DNA of 63,034 nucleotides, counting the filler, from Folioceros fuciformis (taxonomy: Eukaryota): the NCBI GenBank assembly GCA_049999805.1. It is 13 parts of 13 records of this genome, joined end to end, with 100 filler letters (N's around TTAATTAATTAA, not from the genome) between each part and the next. Parts side by side here need not be neighbours in the genome. Positions count along the whole stretch, not along the records: positions 12,589 to 14,979 come from JBNGIO010004984.1; positions 15,080 to 18,658 come from JBNGIO010004985.1; positions 18,759 to 22,385 come from JBNGIO010004986.1; positions 22,486 to 24,941 come from JBNGIO010004987.1; 9 more parts are not named here. One strand, given 5' to 3'. The notes beneath the pieces are model-generated. The model saw nothing but the letters and a program-made list of their open reading frames with translations. It was not told where the DNA came from and did no database searches. Below, in pieces: positions 12,589-25,041 of this stretch (its first letter is position 1; every line of letters begins with the position of its first letter). A program made the position numbers and the translations under genes.

Positions 12589-14932
12589 GTAGTACTAGGA
12601 TTCGCTCCCAAGGGAGTGAACTAGTGTCAAGGTTCGCCACAATCTCCCCCTCACTGCCCAAATCTAACCCTATCTATCAGCCGGCTCCTAGACCTAACCA
12701 CACTATAGCAAAAAGATCAGAACCCTGTCTTCAACACCAACCACAGCCCCAGTTGAATGAGGACTCAGCATCATCTTCAGCTCCCACTTCCAGCTACGGG
12801 TATCAGCCGCCTCAGCAATTGAGAGGAGGCCCTAGCCCTGGCCTCGACCTCCACTCTCAGCCCTAAATGCCAGCCACCCCAGCAATTGATTGAGAACTTC
12901 AGCACCTAAGCTCTTCACCCCAGCACAAACAACTCCAAACTCCAGCCCTTCAAGTCTCTACTCCAGCACCTCCAGTCTCTACTCCGGCACTTCCCCAACA
13001 CTTCAAATCTCTGCTCCAGCACTTCAACTCTTCAACCCTTCACCATCACGTCTCACTCTTGGATTTTGGAACACAGTAGCTCCTCACTTGCAGTCCTTGA
13101 GGCAGGGATGTGCAGGCCCAGGCTGGATAGCCTCCTCGGCTCATAGCCCTGCAATCCGTCACGTTGGAAACCCCTTAGGGACGTCAAGGTACCCCAACCA
13201 CCCAACCAGCATGCAAGATAGACCAGCCCCTGCGGATCTGGCCACCCAGATCTCGGCGATTTTGGGAGCCGCCACGTTCCCCTAGTGGCATGGGGAATCA
13301 AGGCCAAGGCACATCTGCACACTGGGTTAAACCTCTAACCCGGCAGCCTGCACACAAGGTCAAGGGCGCTCTTCACCAAAAAAAGCCCCCCCTCAATGAC
13401 AGGCCTGGCCCCTTATACCTCCTTGGCCAAGAACCCCTGTCACTCCCAACTAGGTCAGCACGCCTCCAACAAAACCCTCCACTCGTGAAACCCTAAACCT
13501 AACTCCGACCTATTCCTAACCCTAACCCTGACCTAACCTCACTCTAACCAGAGCATCCTACACCCTTCAGAGCCTCCACCTCTTCACATTCGTTCAGCCT
13601 CCATGCTGCTGATCTGGTGCCCTCAAGGGCAGCCTTGTAAACCTGGCACCTAAAAGTGACATTCCACCATTTGGCTCCATTCCACCATGGGCCAATTGGT
13701 CAGTTCCTCGGCTTTGTCCGCATGCATTCTTCTGGCAGCCTGCGCCTCTGGCCCTTATCCAAGCCACCGTAACCCCCTGGAACTGGGAATGGATCCCGAG
13801 ACTGGCTGCAACCTTTGGAGATCCCCCAGGATGTTTAGCAAGAGCCTGAGGCAAGCCAGGCTACTTTGGGGAGGAATGCGCCACCAGCTGCCCATTGCTC
13901 GCGCTCATGGCTTCAAACCTCCTCAGAAGCACCCGTCCGCTCAACGTCATTCCCGGAGCTTTATGGACACTGTTTTCTCCCTCGTCAAATAGGAGGACTT
14001 CCACAACGGCTACTGCTGGAAAATGGGTGGCATCGAAAAGAAGTCAGACAAGTTCCCTTACAATCTTTCACGAGCTGAGGCCGTAGCTCCGTCGAAGGCC
14101 GTAGAAGGCTGGTGCAGGACAGTCTGGATATAAGACATGCAAAGGACACCCCCAGTCTAGTTATCCTGCTTCTTCAAGATCTTCACCACCGTCGACCCAT
14201 GCCCGGGACTCAACCCCTCTTGTTCCGCGCCGGCCCAGCTTTGACCGCCCGGAATCCGCAACCTTAGAATTCCGCTTTCCATCCAGCCAAATGTTGTTAG
14301 CCTTGATGGCTCTGTGGAAAATCGGGGGGCTTGCCTCGTGGTGCAGGTACGCAATCCCCAGTGTGCTCCCCAACGCAATTCGTAGTCACATTGGAAGATC
14401 CAGCTTTGACACCCCGCCATGCCCGAATCAGTTCAAACTGCTACTCCAGGCCACAACGAGCAGCAGGAGTCTCCGCACTGCTGCCCACCGCCTGCAGCCA
14501 ATCCGGCCAGCACCTGCCATTTGCCCTGCCGGGCCGCCTACCTGATTTCCTCCACGCAGCCGGCCTCCTCCCGCTTGGCGACCCAGCCCTCAACAGGAAC
14601 ACCCTGCCTGATCTGCCCCGGCCTGCCTGACCTGGTCGAATCTATTGCCCCCCTGCCCTGGCTAGGCCACCTGCCCAGCTGGATGGATCCACTTCGATCC
14701 GCTTGCCCGGCTACCTGGCCAGAGGCCCCTAGCTGGCCTTCCATTCGGATCCAACCCGAATAGCCGCCAGCTCCAGCCAATTGCCCCTAGCCGACTTCTG
14801 CCCTCAAGCTCTGGCCAGGCAGCCTGGTTGGATCTGCCCGCTTGTGGTGGCTGCCTGCCTTCCCGGCCCATCCCAGCTGCTCGCGGGCCAGCTAGGCCGC
14901 TGTGCCCAGCCGTGACCAGTCAAGTCGCCTAG
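12589..14932 (-). mobile_element. Family A LTR variant with a long, different U3-side region containing host-gene-like fragments
   Basis: 12589-13550 is collinear with 815-1770 of the solo LTR (TCGCTCCCAAGGGAGTGAAC, TATA at ~13413, CCTAAC repeats). Sequence beyond ~13550 is unrelated to the solo LTR. The far LTR terminus is not visible. Confidence 0.6.
14236..14392 (-). pseudogene. Receptor-like kinase fragment (subdomains VIa-VII, LRR-VIII-1-like), catalytically dead
   Basis: [51 protein letters not shown] matches the RLK pattern RLRIALGSA.GI.YLH.EA.PPIFHRDIKASNILLD....KVADFGLS. HRD is HRA and DFG is DSG. Confidence 0.85.
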
Positions 14933-14979
14933 TGTGGAGGCAAAACCCCGGGCACTGATTGACGACGGGTCCCACCTTT
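14933..14979 (-). mobile_element. Family D LTR terminus at contig end
   Basis: TGTGGAGGCAAAACCCCGGGCACTGATTG matches 7810 and 60259. Confidence 0.7.
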
Positions 14980-15079
14980 NNNNNNNNNNNNNNNNNNNNN
15001 NNNNNNNNNNNNNNNNNNNNNNNTTAATTAATTAANNNNNNNNNNNNNNNNNNNNNNNNNNNNNNNNNNNNNNNNNNNN

Positions 15080-15412
15080 AGACACATCCTCACCGCCGCG
15101 GTCGAGACAAGAACATTGTCTGGTCCCCTTTTGCTCTAAATGCTCTCCTGAAGAGAGCGGCTAGGACCAGAGATTGTATAAGTGCCTTGTCTTCATTGTT
15201 ATTGTAGCGGAAGGTGATAAAAGTTGTAGGATCAGATGTGCTCTGATACCATGTCAGAGTTCTTGGAAGAACATGGTTAATTAATTTTCAGGAAATTGCA
15301 ACAAGGGTTTTTAAGGTGTTTTCCTGAAACGTCGTAACTATTCGCTAAGTGGCTATTCGCTTAATTATGACATAAACGAAACGCTAACCCTAACGGGGTT
15401 TAATTTCCAACA
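15080..15412 (-). mobile_element. Copia-type 5' LTR (15252-15412, 161 bp) with tRNA-iMet PBS (15240-15251)
   Basis: Minus strand TGTTGG...GACA followed by TGGTATCAGAGC. Interrupts a copia RT that resumes at 15413. Confidence 0.8.
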
Positions 15413-18400
15413 CATTAGAATTCTTCTCGCCATCGCAGCACACCATCACATGCAAGTACACCAAGTTGACATCAAAACTGCTTTCCTTTATGGCACACTC
15501 AGTGGAGACATATATATGCTGCAACCACCGGGATTCATGAAGGACTCACAAAAGGTATGTAACCACCTCCTAGCTTGCACGTGGCTCAACAGAAACAGAA
15601 TGTTCAATCACAAATTTGGCATGCTAGGCTTGGGCATGCAAACAAGGACAAACTAGTAAAGATGTCCATGACGAACTGCTACAGAGAACCTTTGCCTAAA
15701 TGTTTTAAGGACCTGCCGTTGTGCAATGCCTGCCAACGTTGTAATCAGAAAGAGTTACCTTTTCCTATAGCACCTACCTTCAGGACTTCCAATATTCTTG
15801 ATCTGGTGCATGCTGACCTCTGTGGCAGGATCCACGTGGTTTCTTTGGGAGGTGCCCTATATTATTTGACAATTACGGACGATTACAGTCGATACTCCTG
15901 GACCTATCCTTTAAAACGGAAGTTAGACAATTTTCTTATGTTTCAAGAGAGGCTTACTATGATTCAGCAAAAGACTGGGTGTCTTCTCAAGTGCCTGTGT
16001 TCCAACAATGGCACAGAATTTGTTAATGCTCCTTTTGATCATCTGTTGGCCAAACAAGGAATTGTTAGATAGCTCACAGTTCCTTACACTCCCCAACAAA
16101 ATGGAGTGTCTGAACAGCATAATCAAACCTTACTTGGCATGACTCGAAGTATGTTGAGTTGGTCGAGTTTGAACAAGCGTTACTAGGCTGAGGCAATGGT
16201 CACTGCCACTTATATTCTTAATCATCTTCTCACAAGTGCTGTTCCTGATTATACACCCTATTAGGTTCTATGGTGCAGAAAGCCTAGCATCTTGCATCTT
16301 TGTGTGTTTGGCTCTCCAGCTTACGTATATGTTCCTACAGACTTGGGGCAAAAGTTACAAGATCGGGCTAAACCTATGGTATTTGTTGGGTATGGAGAAG
16401 AAGCTAGAGCATACAAGCTATTTGACCCCTTATCTCACCATTCTGTATTTGCTTGTTGTGTCTCATTCAACGAACTTCTTCAGCCTGCCAATCCCTCTCC
16501 TTCTTCTCCTGTTGCTTCCTCCCCTGCCTTTGTTGAACCCTCATCTTACCCCCAAGATATTTCTCCTTCTACATTAGATTTAGGGGGGGACCTGCTTTAG
16601 ACTCTGATAGCTGAAGTCCAAAATCTCGTGGTTGAAGATGCTGGGGCTAAAAGGGATGTTTTACCTCATTCACTTGCATCTAATGACACTGGAGGAGATG
16701 TTCCTGGACATGCTGCAGAGGATGTTGGGGATGCATTTGTTGCTCACAATGTACCTCTTGCTGAGGAAATTAACTCTCGTGGAGAAGATGATGTTTCTAA
16801 GGGTGATTTCCTTGCCAATGTTGTTGTTTCTGCTGATGCTGATATTTGCTCTCGAGATTGAAAGAAGATACCTTGCATGACATCGTCCTCCTAGGGATCA
16901 ATGGACAAAAATTCCATATGCTTTAATTGATTGGAGGAACCCTCGTGCTACTGTTGCAATGGACTAGCAATCAAGCAGTACCTGTCATCCTCCTGAACCT
17001 AGGTCCTATCAGGTGACCATTACATGAAGAGACAAGCACCATTAGATTCCGTCTATACAAGATGAGTAGAATTCACTCATCAAAAATCAAACTTGGAAGT
17101 TTTGCCCCTTATCTCCTGGTCGTAAGGCAATTAGTTGTAAGTGGGGTTTTAAGCATAAACTGAATGCAGCTAGGAAGATCGCACGCTACAAGTCTCGTTT
17201 AGTCACACGAGGGTTTTCTCAAGTTGCAGGTGTGGAATTTAATGAGACATTTAGCCCTGTAGTCAAAACTCAATCCATCAGAATGATCATGGCCTTGGTT
17301 GCAGCTAAAGACTGGGATCTAGAACAGATGGATGTCTCAACTGCTTTCTTGTATGGAGATTTAGAAGAGGACATTTACATGTCACACCTAGAAGGCTTTG
17401 TGAACTTAGAACACCCAGATTGGGCATGCAAGCTATAGAAAACCATCTACGAGCTTAAACAAAGTGCCCGTGAATGGTACAAGCATATTGATGCTTAACT
17501 AAAGTCCATAGGCTTTGTTCAGAATCCTACAGATGCTAATGTTTACTTGTACTTGTGAGATGGACACCTTGTCATACTTGCTTTATATGTTGACGATGCT
17601 ATATTGGCATCTGATAGTCGTGAACTTTTGGACTGGGTTAAGCAAATGCTATGCAAGAGATGTGACATGAAAGACATAGGGTAGCTTACCTTTGTGCTTG
17701 GTGTTCAGCTGCTTAGGGACGGAGCGCTAAAACACTAGTTCTGCATCAAAATAAATATATCAATCTGGAAAATGCACGACCGGTATCTACACCAGGCAGT
17801 CTAACAGTCAAGCTTACTTTTGCACAATCTCCTCAGGATGATGATGAACAGGAAGCCATGGCTATAGTTCCCTATTATCACGCCATTGGATAATTAAATT
17901 ACATCAGTATCTAGACCCATCCAGATATCCAACATGCTTTTGGCACTGTGTCTCTGTTCCTTGAAAAACCTGGCAAAGATCATTGGAGCGTAGTGAAACG
18001 CATATAACGTTATCTCACGGGCACTTCAACATATGGTTTATGTTACAGAGGGGATCTGCTATCCTCACCAATCATTTTGAAAGGATATGCTAATGTCGAT
18101 TGGGCAATTGATCCTGAGAGCCATCAAAGCCTCTTTGCTTATTGCTTCTTCCGCTCAGTTGCTGTTATCAACTGGAGTTCAAAGAAGCAAGTGTTAGTTG
18201 CACTTTCTTCAACTGAAGCGGAGTACAAAGCTTTAACAGATTCAGCCAAAGAAGCAGAGTGGGAGAGAAGTTTTCTCCATGGCCTTACCTTCTCACAATT
18301 TGAGCCAACTCCCATCTTCTGTGATAACCAGTCCACTATAGCTTTGGTAGGGAATCCTTGTTTTCATGCCCATACGAAACACATAGAACTACAGCACCAT

Positions 18401-18555
18401 TTTGTGCATCATTCTGTTGAGAGAAAAGTGGTTAGAATCGAGTATATCTCCACAGATTTGAACCCAGCTCACAAAATCCTTGCCTACTATTAAGCACAAT
18501 TTTCATTTAGAGCAAATGGGGCTAGTAGATTACCTAGCTCTTCCTTCTTCATGAG
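15413..18555 (+). mobile_element. Short copia RT fragment (15413-15560) joined to a heavily decayed copia integrase-RT-RNase H (15561-18555)
   Basis: QVDIKTAFLYG..., then IWHARLGH, LDLVHADLCG, TPQQNGVSE, ETFSPVVK, QMDVSTAFLYG, ALSSTEAEY. Many in-frame stops. Confidence 0.9.
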
Positions 18556-18758
18556 GTTAGGAGACAAAAGTTCACAGCTGCGCGTATGCACGTTTGTTCG
18601 TTTTGTCTCCTCTATTCTACAGGTGGCAGCTTTAACGAAATACGGCTGCCCTCAATATNNNNNNNNNNNNNNNNNNNNNNNNNNNNNNNNNNNNNNNNNN
18701 NNTTAATTAATTAANNNNNNNNNNNNNNNNNNNNNNNNNNNNNNNNNNNNNNNNNNNN

Positions 18759-20843
18759 CTCATAATCAAGACCATACTGTTGTGCATATCCCTTTGCAAC
18801 CAACCTAGCCTTGTAACGCTTCAGCGTTCCATCTGACTTGAACTTCAGCTTGTACACCCACTTAGAACCAATAGGAACCTTGCCATCAGGCAATTGAACC
18901 AAATCCCACGTTCCATTCTCAACTAATGCTGAGTATTCTTCATCCATGGCTTGACACCACTTATCATCTGTCACTGCCTCAGCAAACTTGGTTGGCTCCT
19001 TACAAGCTGTGACCCTTGTCATATACGCATAATGTTGCGCATTGTAGCTTGCATAGGTGTACCTGTCAATGGGTTTCCTAACCCTCTCAGATTTCCTTGG
19101 TCTTGGTTCATTTTGAACCTGCCTTGCATATTGTTGCTCCTTAGCACCTGGCGTTTCCACAGACGGAATGCCAAACTCACTGTCAATGCTCTCACTACTT
19201 GAGGATTCATATCCCTCATTTCCAGTTTTGCTGCTTTCTACTCTCCCCCTCACTGACATATCCGGGTCAGTGGTCTTCGGTTTACCATTCCGCAGTCTTC
19301 CAGACCATGGATTCACCGTTGGTGATCCACCATTGGTCACATCCTCACTCTTTGCTGGAGTACTCTTAACAGTACTCTCCCCTGTGGGTTCGTCATAGGG
19401 TAGTGCAACTGAGTTGCTATACCAGGAGGCTAACTCATCAAATACCACATCCCTGCTTATCAGGATCTCATGTGTGAATGGCACATAACACTTATATGCC
19501 TTCCTATTTCGTGCATACCCCAGAAAAACACTCTTCACTACTTTAGGATCTAGCTTCCTACGCTTCTCATCAGGTACATGCACATATGCAATGCACCCAA
19601 ACACTTTCAAGTGCCTAATATCTGGCTTATAGCCATACAGTCTCTCAATTGGTGTAGCATCATGAATTCTTGCCGTAGGAATTCGATTCAGTACATACAC
19701 TGCTGTCATCACTGCTTTTGCCCAATAATCATCAGGTAAGCACTTCTCATTCAGCATTGCCCTTGCTGTTTCCATGACTACCCTGTTCTTCCTCTCTGCA
19801 ACATCATTCTGCTGTGGTGTGTATCTGCAAGTCAGCTGTCTTCGTATACCATGATCTGCAAGATACCTGTCAAACTCATTTGAGACATATTCTCCCCCTC
19901 CATCTGATCTTAGACAAGAGATGGAGCAGCTGAATTCATTTTCAGCTGTTGCTGTTTCTAGCCCAATCCTCTTATGCCATATTTCAACATCACGTATGGC
20001 ACCTGCATCATTTGCAAACATTGCTGCATTTAGCTCTGGAATGGATGCATCCAGAGTGAACATCCGTCCATTCCTACTTCCTTTAGCAATCAGTTTGCGC
20101 CCTCTGTCATATTCTTCAATAAAGCATCCATCTTTATTGAATCGAACTTGCAGATTTTGTTCAGCCATCTATCCAACAGACAACAGGTTCTTCATAATGG
20201 TTGGAACATGCAACACATCTTGCAGACTCTTCTGCTGACCATTCGGCATCCTAAGAGGAACAATTCCTCTGTGCTTTATGTCATGTTGTGTGTCATCTCC
20301 TGTACACACATGGCCATGGGGACCTGCATCCATCTTGTTAAACCACTCGCCATGCGGAGTCATGTGGTTTGATGCTCCTGAATCAATGTACCATCTCTCA
20401 TCATTCTGCCCATCCTGTTCAGAGAGATGTTGCATGGCAAACAACCTATCCTGGTCATTTCCAGCATTACTAGAGGAGGCATAGTTCCCATGCTGCCTTC
20501 CTTTTCCTCTCATGTCTGCTTGCTGCTTATAGCAGTCCTTAGCAATATGACCAACCTTACCATAGTAGTAACACTCCTTGTCTCTATTAGAATGGTCATG
20601 AGATTGAAAAGAACCATCTCTTCTTCTTGTGGCTCTACCTGTGCCTCTAAAACTTCCAGATTCTCTCTGGCCTTGCGCATTTCCTCCATGCCAATTGTCT
20701 TGCTAATTCTGCGTGTTCCGAGCATCACCCCATCCTCGGAATGAACCACGACCTCTGTGGCCTCTCCCACGCTGGTTAGAAAACAAAACAGTGTCTCTCC
20801 CTTGAGATATACCTGAACCTGTGAAAACATCTTTCGATGTTGA
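18759..20843 (-). mobile_element. Ty1/copia gag end, protease, integrase and RT start; related to the 40-45 kb family
   Basis: WYIDSGASNHMT, LRSDGGGEY, YTPQQN.VAERKNR, LKVFGCIAYVHVPDEKRRKLDPK, KWVYKLK, YKARLVAKGYAQ. Confidence 0.93.
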
Positions 20844-22190
20844 TGTTGAAAACTCTAGAAAACAATATTAGTGATTTCAAAGAATGAATAATTAATTATA
20901 GCTCAAAGTCTTAAATACAAAAATAAGATGTCGTTTCGTTCTAGGGTAACTGCCACACCTCTACATACCAATAAATTGTAATTATCCCAAGTGACGTGGT
21001 TAACTTGACTAAATATATCAGATTAGGGCTTTAACACACCCCCTTAACCACGACACGTAACTGGAAGAAAAAAAACTTTGGCTTCAAGTGGGTGATGGCA
21101 GACAGCCTCCACCTCACTATGTGGATCAGCATGCAAGCTGCTTGTATAAGTAGGGCAGCCATGAGCTATGAGAGACACACCGCGCAAACGGAGAGCAAGT
21201 GACAGGGCAGCGGATCCCAGGATGGAGAATCAAACACAGCTGTTCAATCGCGGCAGGAATGCTGACAAGACCACAACAAACAAGCAAGGAGCTGCATCCA
21301 TCAGCTGTAGAGATTCCGCTGCCAGAGTAGGGTGAGCAGCAGGGGTGATTAGATATGAGGGAAGGCTTCATCTGCCACAAGCTGCCACTTGAAGAACAGA
21401 AGGGACAAAAAACAAAAGGTGCAGACTCCCATAGGGTTTACACCCAGGTCACTGCAACTGTGAGTGTTCTTTTGGTTTTTGTCTCCATATCTCAAGAGGA
21501 AGGAAGAGCCAGGTAATCCACCATCTGATCTGAATGAAAATTGTGCTTAACAGTAGGCAAGGCTTTCGTGAGTAGATCAGATGGATTCAAATCTGTGGAG
21601 ATATACTCGATCCTAACCACTTTTCTCTCTACAGAATGGCACACAAAATGGTGCTGGATTTCGATGTGTTTGGTACGGGCGTGAAAACGTGGATTCCCTA
21701 CCAAAGCAATAGTGGACTGATTATCACAAAATATGGGAGTTGGCTCAGACTGTGAGAAGGTAAGGCCATGGAGAAAACCTCTCTCCCATTCTGCTTCCTT
21801 GGCTGAATCTGTCAAAGCTTTATACTCCGCCTCAGTTGAGGAAAGTGCTACTGACACTTGTTTCTTAGAACTCCAGTTGACAACAGCATCTGAGAGAAAG
21901 AAACAATAAGCTGAGAGGCTCCGACGACTCTCTCAGGATCAGTCGCCCAATCGGCGTCCGCATAGCCTTTCAAGTTAACTGGTGAGGATAACAAATCCCC
22001 TCTGTAACATAATCCATATGTGGAAGTGCCTTTAAGGTAACGAAGTATGCGTTTCACTGCACTCCAGTGGTCCTTGCCAAGGTTTTCAAGGAACTGGGAC
22101 ACAATACCAACAACATGTTGTATATCTGGACGAGTCCAAATACTGATATAATTTAAACATCCAACAGCGTGACGATAAGGTATGGCAGCT
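20844..22190 (-). mobile_element. Ty1/copia 3' end: RT-RNase H tail, PPT (~21037-21046), 3' LTR (~20844-21036); inserted in the gag of the preceding element
   Basis: HWSAVKRILRYLKGT, ALSSTEAEYKALTDSAKEAEW, closely similar to 17870-18555. Minus-strand AAGGGGGTG followed by TGTTAAAG...TCAACA. Confidence 0.85.
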
Positions 22191-22485
22191 ATGAACCTCC
22201 AAAGTTTGGGGTAGTAGTTTTTTTTGGTTGAAAAAGGGTTAATAGTGGTATGGTTTGGTTTTCTTTTTCAACTTATTTTCCCTAATTTTCCTTTATTTTC
22301 TGGTCATTTTTCCTATGTTTCTTTGTGCTAATTAGGTTAATTGACCAGGAAATAGTTGGTTTGGTTATAAGAGTGGGTATAGGTTNNNNNNNNNNNNNNN
22401 NNNNNNNNNNNNNNNNNNNNNNNNNNNNNTTAATTAATTAANNNNNNNNNNNNNNNNNNNNNNNNNNNNNNNNNNNNNNNNNNNN

Positions 22486-24941
22486 ATCATTGTGTGCTGC
22501 CAATGCACAGATAGTGCGAAATGTGGCCAGCTGAACAATAGGAGCATACGTTTCAAGGTAGTCAAGGCCCGGTATTTGAGAAAAGCCTCTGGCTACAAGC
22601 CAGGCTTTATAACGATCAAAGGTACCATCTGCCTTGACCTTTAGCTTGAACACCCATTTGCAAGATATTGTCTTGCGTCTTGGAGGTAGTTTAGTTAACT
22701 CCCATGTTCCATTTTTTATCAAAGAATCATATTCAGATTGAATGGCCTTCTTCCATTCAGCAGCGTCAGGGCGACTTAAGGCTTCTTCATAAGTTTGAGG
22801 TTCCACAGGATCAAGATCAACTGCATGTATGGAAGGTCCCCTAAAGTCTTGTGATTGATAATAATCTGGTGCACGTCTGTCTCTTGCAGGATAACGACGC
22901 ACAGGGATAGGAGCTGGCTCGTCAATAGGAGCAAGAATATTCTCAGGATCACTATCCACAAGAATAGCAGGATCAGGATCAAGGTCAACATCTGCTGTAA
23001 CAATGGGTTCAGGATCCGAAAAGGCATGAGGAGGTTGGTCCTGAATATCAGCAGCAAAATCAAGTTCAGCATCTGCAGCTTCCTGCTGATTATCCTCATT
23101 ATCACTATGCTCGTTGTCTTCCCCCCTTTCAGGAGCAAACTCCTCATTAGGGTAATCAGGGAAAACAGTGATGTTAAAAAGAGCAGATAAATCAAAGTTA
23201 TCTGAAGAAGTGGGAGAAGCTCCCATTGGCTGCCAAACTTGTTGTTCATCAAAAGTAACACTGCGGGCATAAACCACAGTGTTCTCAGGTACATCATATA
23301 ATTTATATGCTTTAATACCTTCAGTGTAGCCTATCATAAGATATTTCTTGGCTTTAGCAGCTAACTTAGGACGTTTCTTCTTTGGGATAAATGCATAAGC
23401 TATGCATCCAAAGGTTCTAAGGTGTAAGATAGCTGGTTTTCTACCAAAGAATGCTTCATAGGGGGTCTGTCCTACAAGGGCATTGGTAGGCAGCCTGTTA
23501 TGCAAGTACATTGCTGTCATGAGGGCCTCAACCCAATAGCGAAGGGGCAGAGAAGCTTGATGAAGCATAGAGGAAGTCATTTCCTGCAAGGTCATTTTCA
23601 AGTGTTCTGCCACACCATTTTGCTGTGGTGTATACACAACTGTGAGTTGCCTTCCTATTCCCTCTGCTGTACAAAAAGATTGGAATTCACAAGAAGTACA
23701 TTCACCTCCATTATCTGATCTGAGGGTTTTTAACTACTTGCCATTCCAGCGTTCTGTGTACTTCATATATCCTTTGAAGAGAGAAAAGTATTCACTTTTG
23801 GCTTTGAGGATATAAGCAATGACAAACCTCGTTTTGTCATCTGTGAATGTTAGGAAATATTTGCCTCCACCAATTGAAGGCTGTGAGAGAGGTCCACAGA
23901 TGTTTGTGTGAACCAGCTCAAGAACTTCTGAAGCCCTGTAGGGAGCTTTATTCTTAAAAGCTGCCTGATGACGTTTGGAGAAAACACAGGCTTCACAAAG
24001 AGGTAAGGGTGGCAATGTTCCAATTTTTCCATCAGCATACAGGTCATTGTGTGCAAGTTTCTGTAACTTAGCACTATGCGGGTGACCTAGGCGAGCATGC
24101 CATAATTTAGCTTTGTCTTCTAACTTACTAGTAGATTCTGTAGACTTAGAAGCTAAATGTGTTTGTGCTGTGTGGCTGTCTGTATGCAAACGGAAGAGGT
24201 CATGTGAGCATGACCCATAACCTAGGATCTTACGATGGTCAAAGGCATCAATGATCCTACACTCTGTAGGAGTAAACAGGATGTAAGTATTATTATCCAT
24301 GTTGAGTCTCCTAACAGAGATGAGATTCCTAGTCATTTCTGGAACATAGTACACATCTTTCAATATGAGTGTAACTCCAGAAGGGACTGGAATTTCTACA
24401 GTGCCTCTACCTGGAGACACTAGTGATCTGTCATCACCTAAGTAAACAAACTGATTGTCTACTAACTCGTAAGTGACAAAGGCATTTTTGTCAAAGCATA
24501 TGTGCGCTGTTGCACCTGTATCAAGGTACCACTCGCTGACTGGTTTACCTTGTGTGTTTGCAGACAAACAGGTGGGGTTAACAAGAGGATATGCAAACTT
24601 CCTAATCCCTACTGTAAGGGCAGAAGGTGAGCCTTGCTTTTTCACCACAACATGTGTCTTAGAAGTAGAGTTGCCCTCCTTGCGAGGTACTCCGGCCTGC
24701 TTCTTTCGACATTCATTTTCCCAATGTCCTAGAATCTGGCACCAGTGGCATTTTCCAGACTTCTTGGGTTTCTTCTGTGCTGTCCCTCGCCGTGAGGCAC
24801 CAGCACCTTGAAAGGTATTCTGTTTACCTTTGAAGTTGGGCCTCGCGCCCTTGTTTTTATTTGTGGTGTAAAGAGCCTGCTGCTTGCCAGCACGCCTGTT
24901 TTGTCCTCTTGTAGCTTCTTCCTGAAGAAGAGCTCCCACTA
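22486..24941 (-). mobile_element. Ty1/copia gag zinc knuckle, protease, integrase and RT start
   Basis: CHWCQILGHWENEC, WYLDTGATAH, LWHARLGH, CEACVFSK, YTPQQNGVAE, CKWVFKLK, LVARGFSQ. Confidence 0.94.
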
Positions 24942-25041
24942 NNNNNNNNNNNNNNNNNNNNNNNNNNNNNNNNNNNNNNNNNNNNTTAATTAATTAANNN
25001 NNNNNNNNNNNNNNNNNNNNNNNNNNNNNNNNNNNNNNNNN

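Noticed and set aside
15561-18555. In-frame TAG/TGA/TAA as sites of U-to-C RNA editing
   Set aside because: These are nuclear TE relics that also carry frameshifts; C-to-T decay of methylated DNA explains them.
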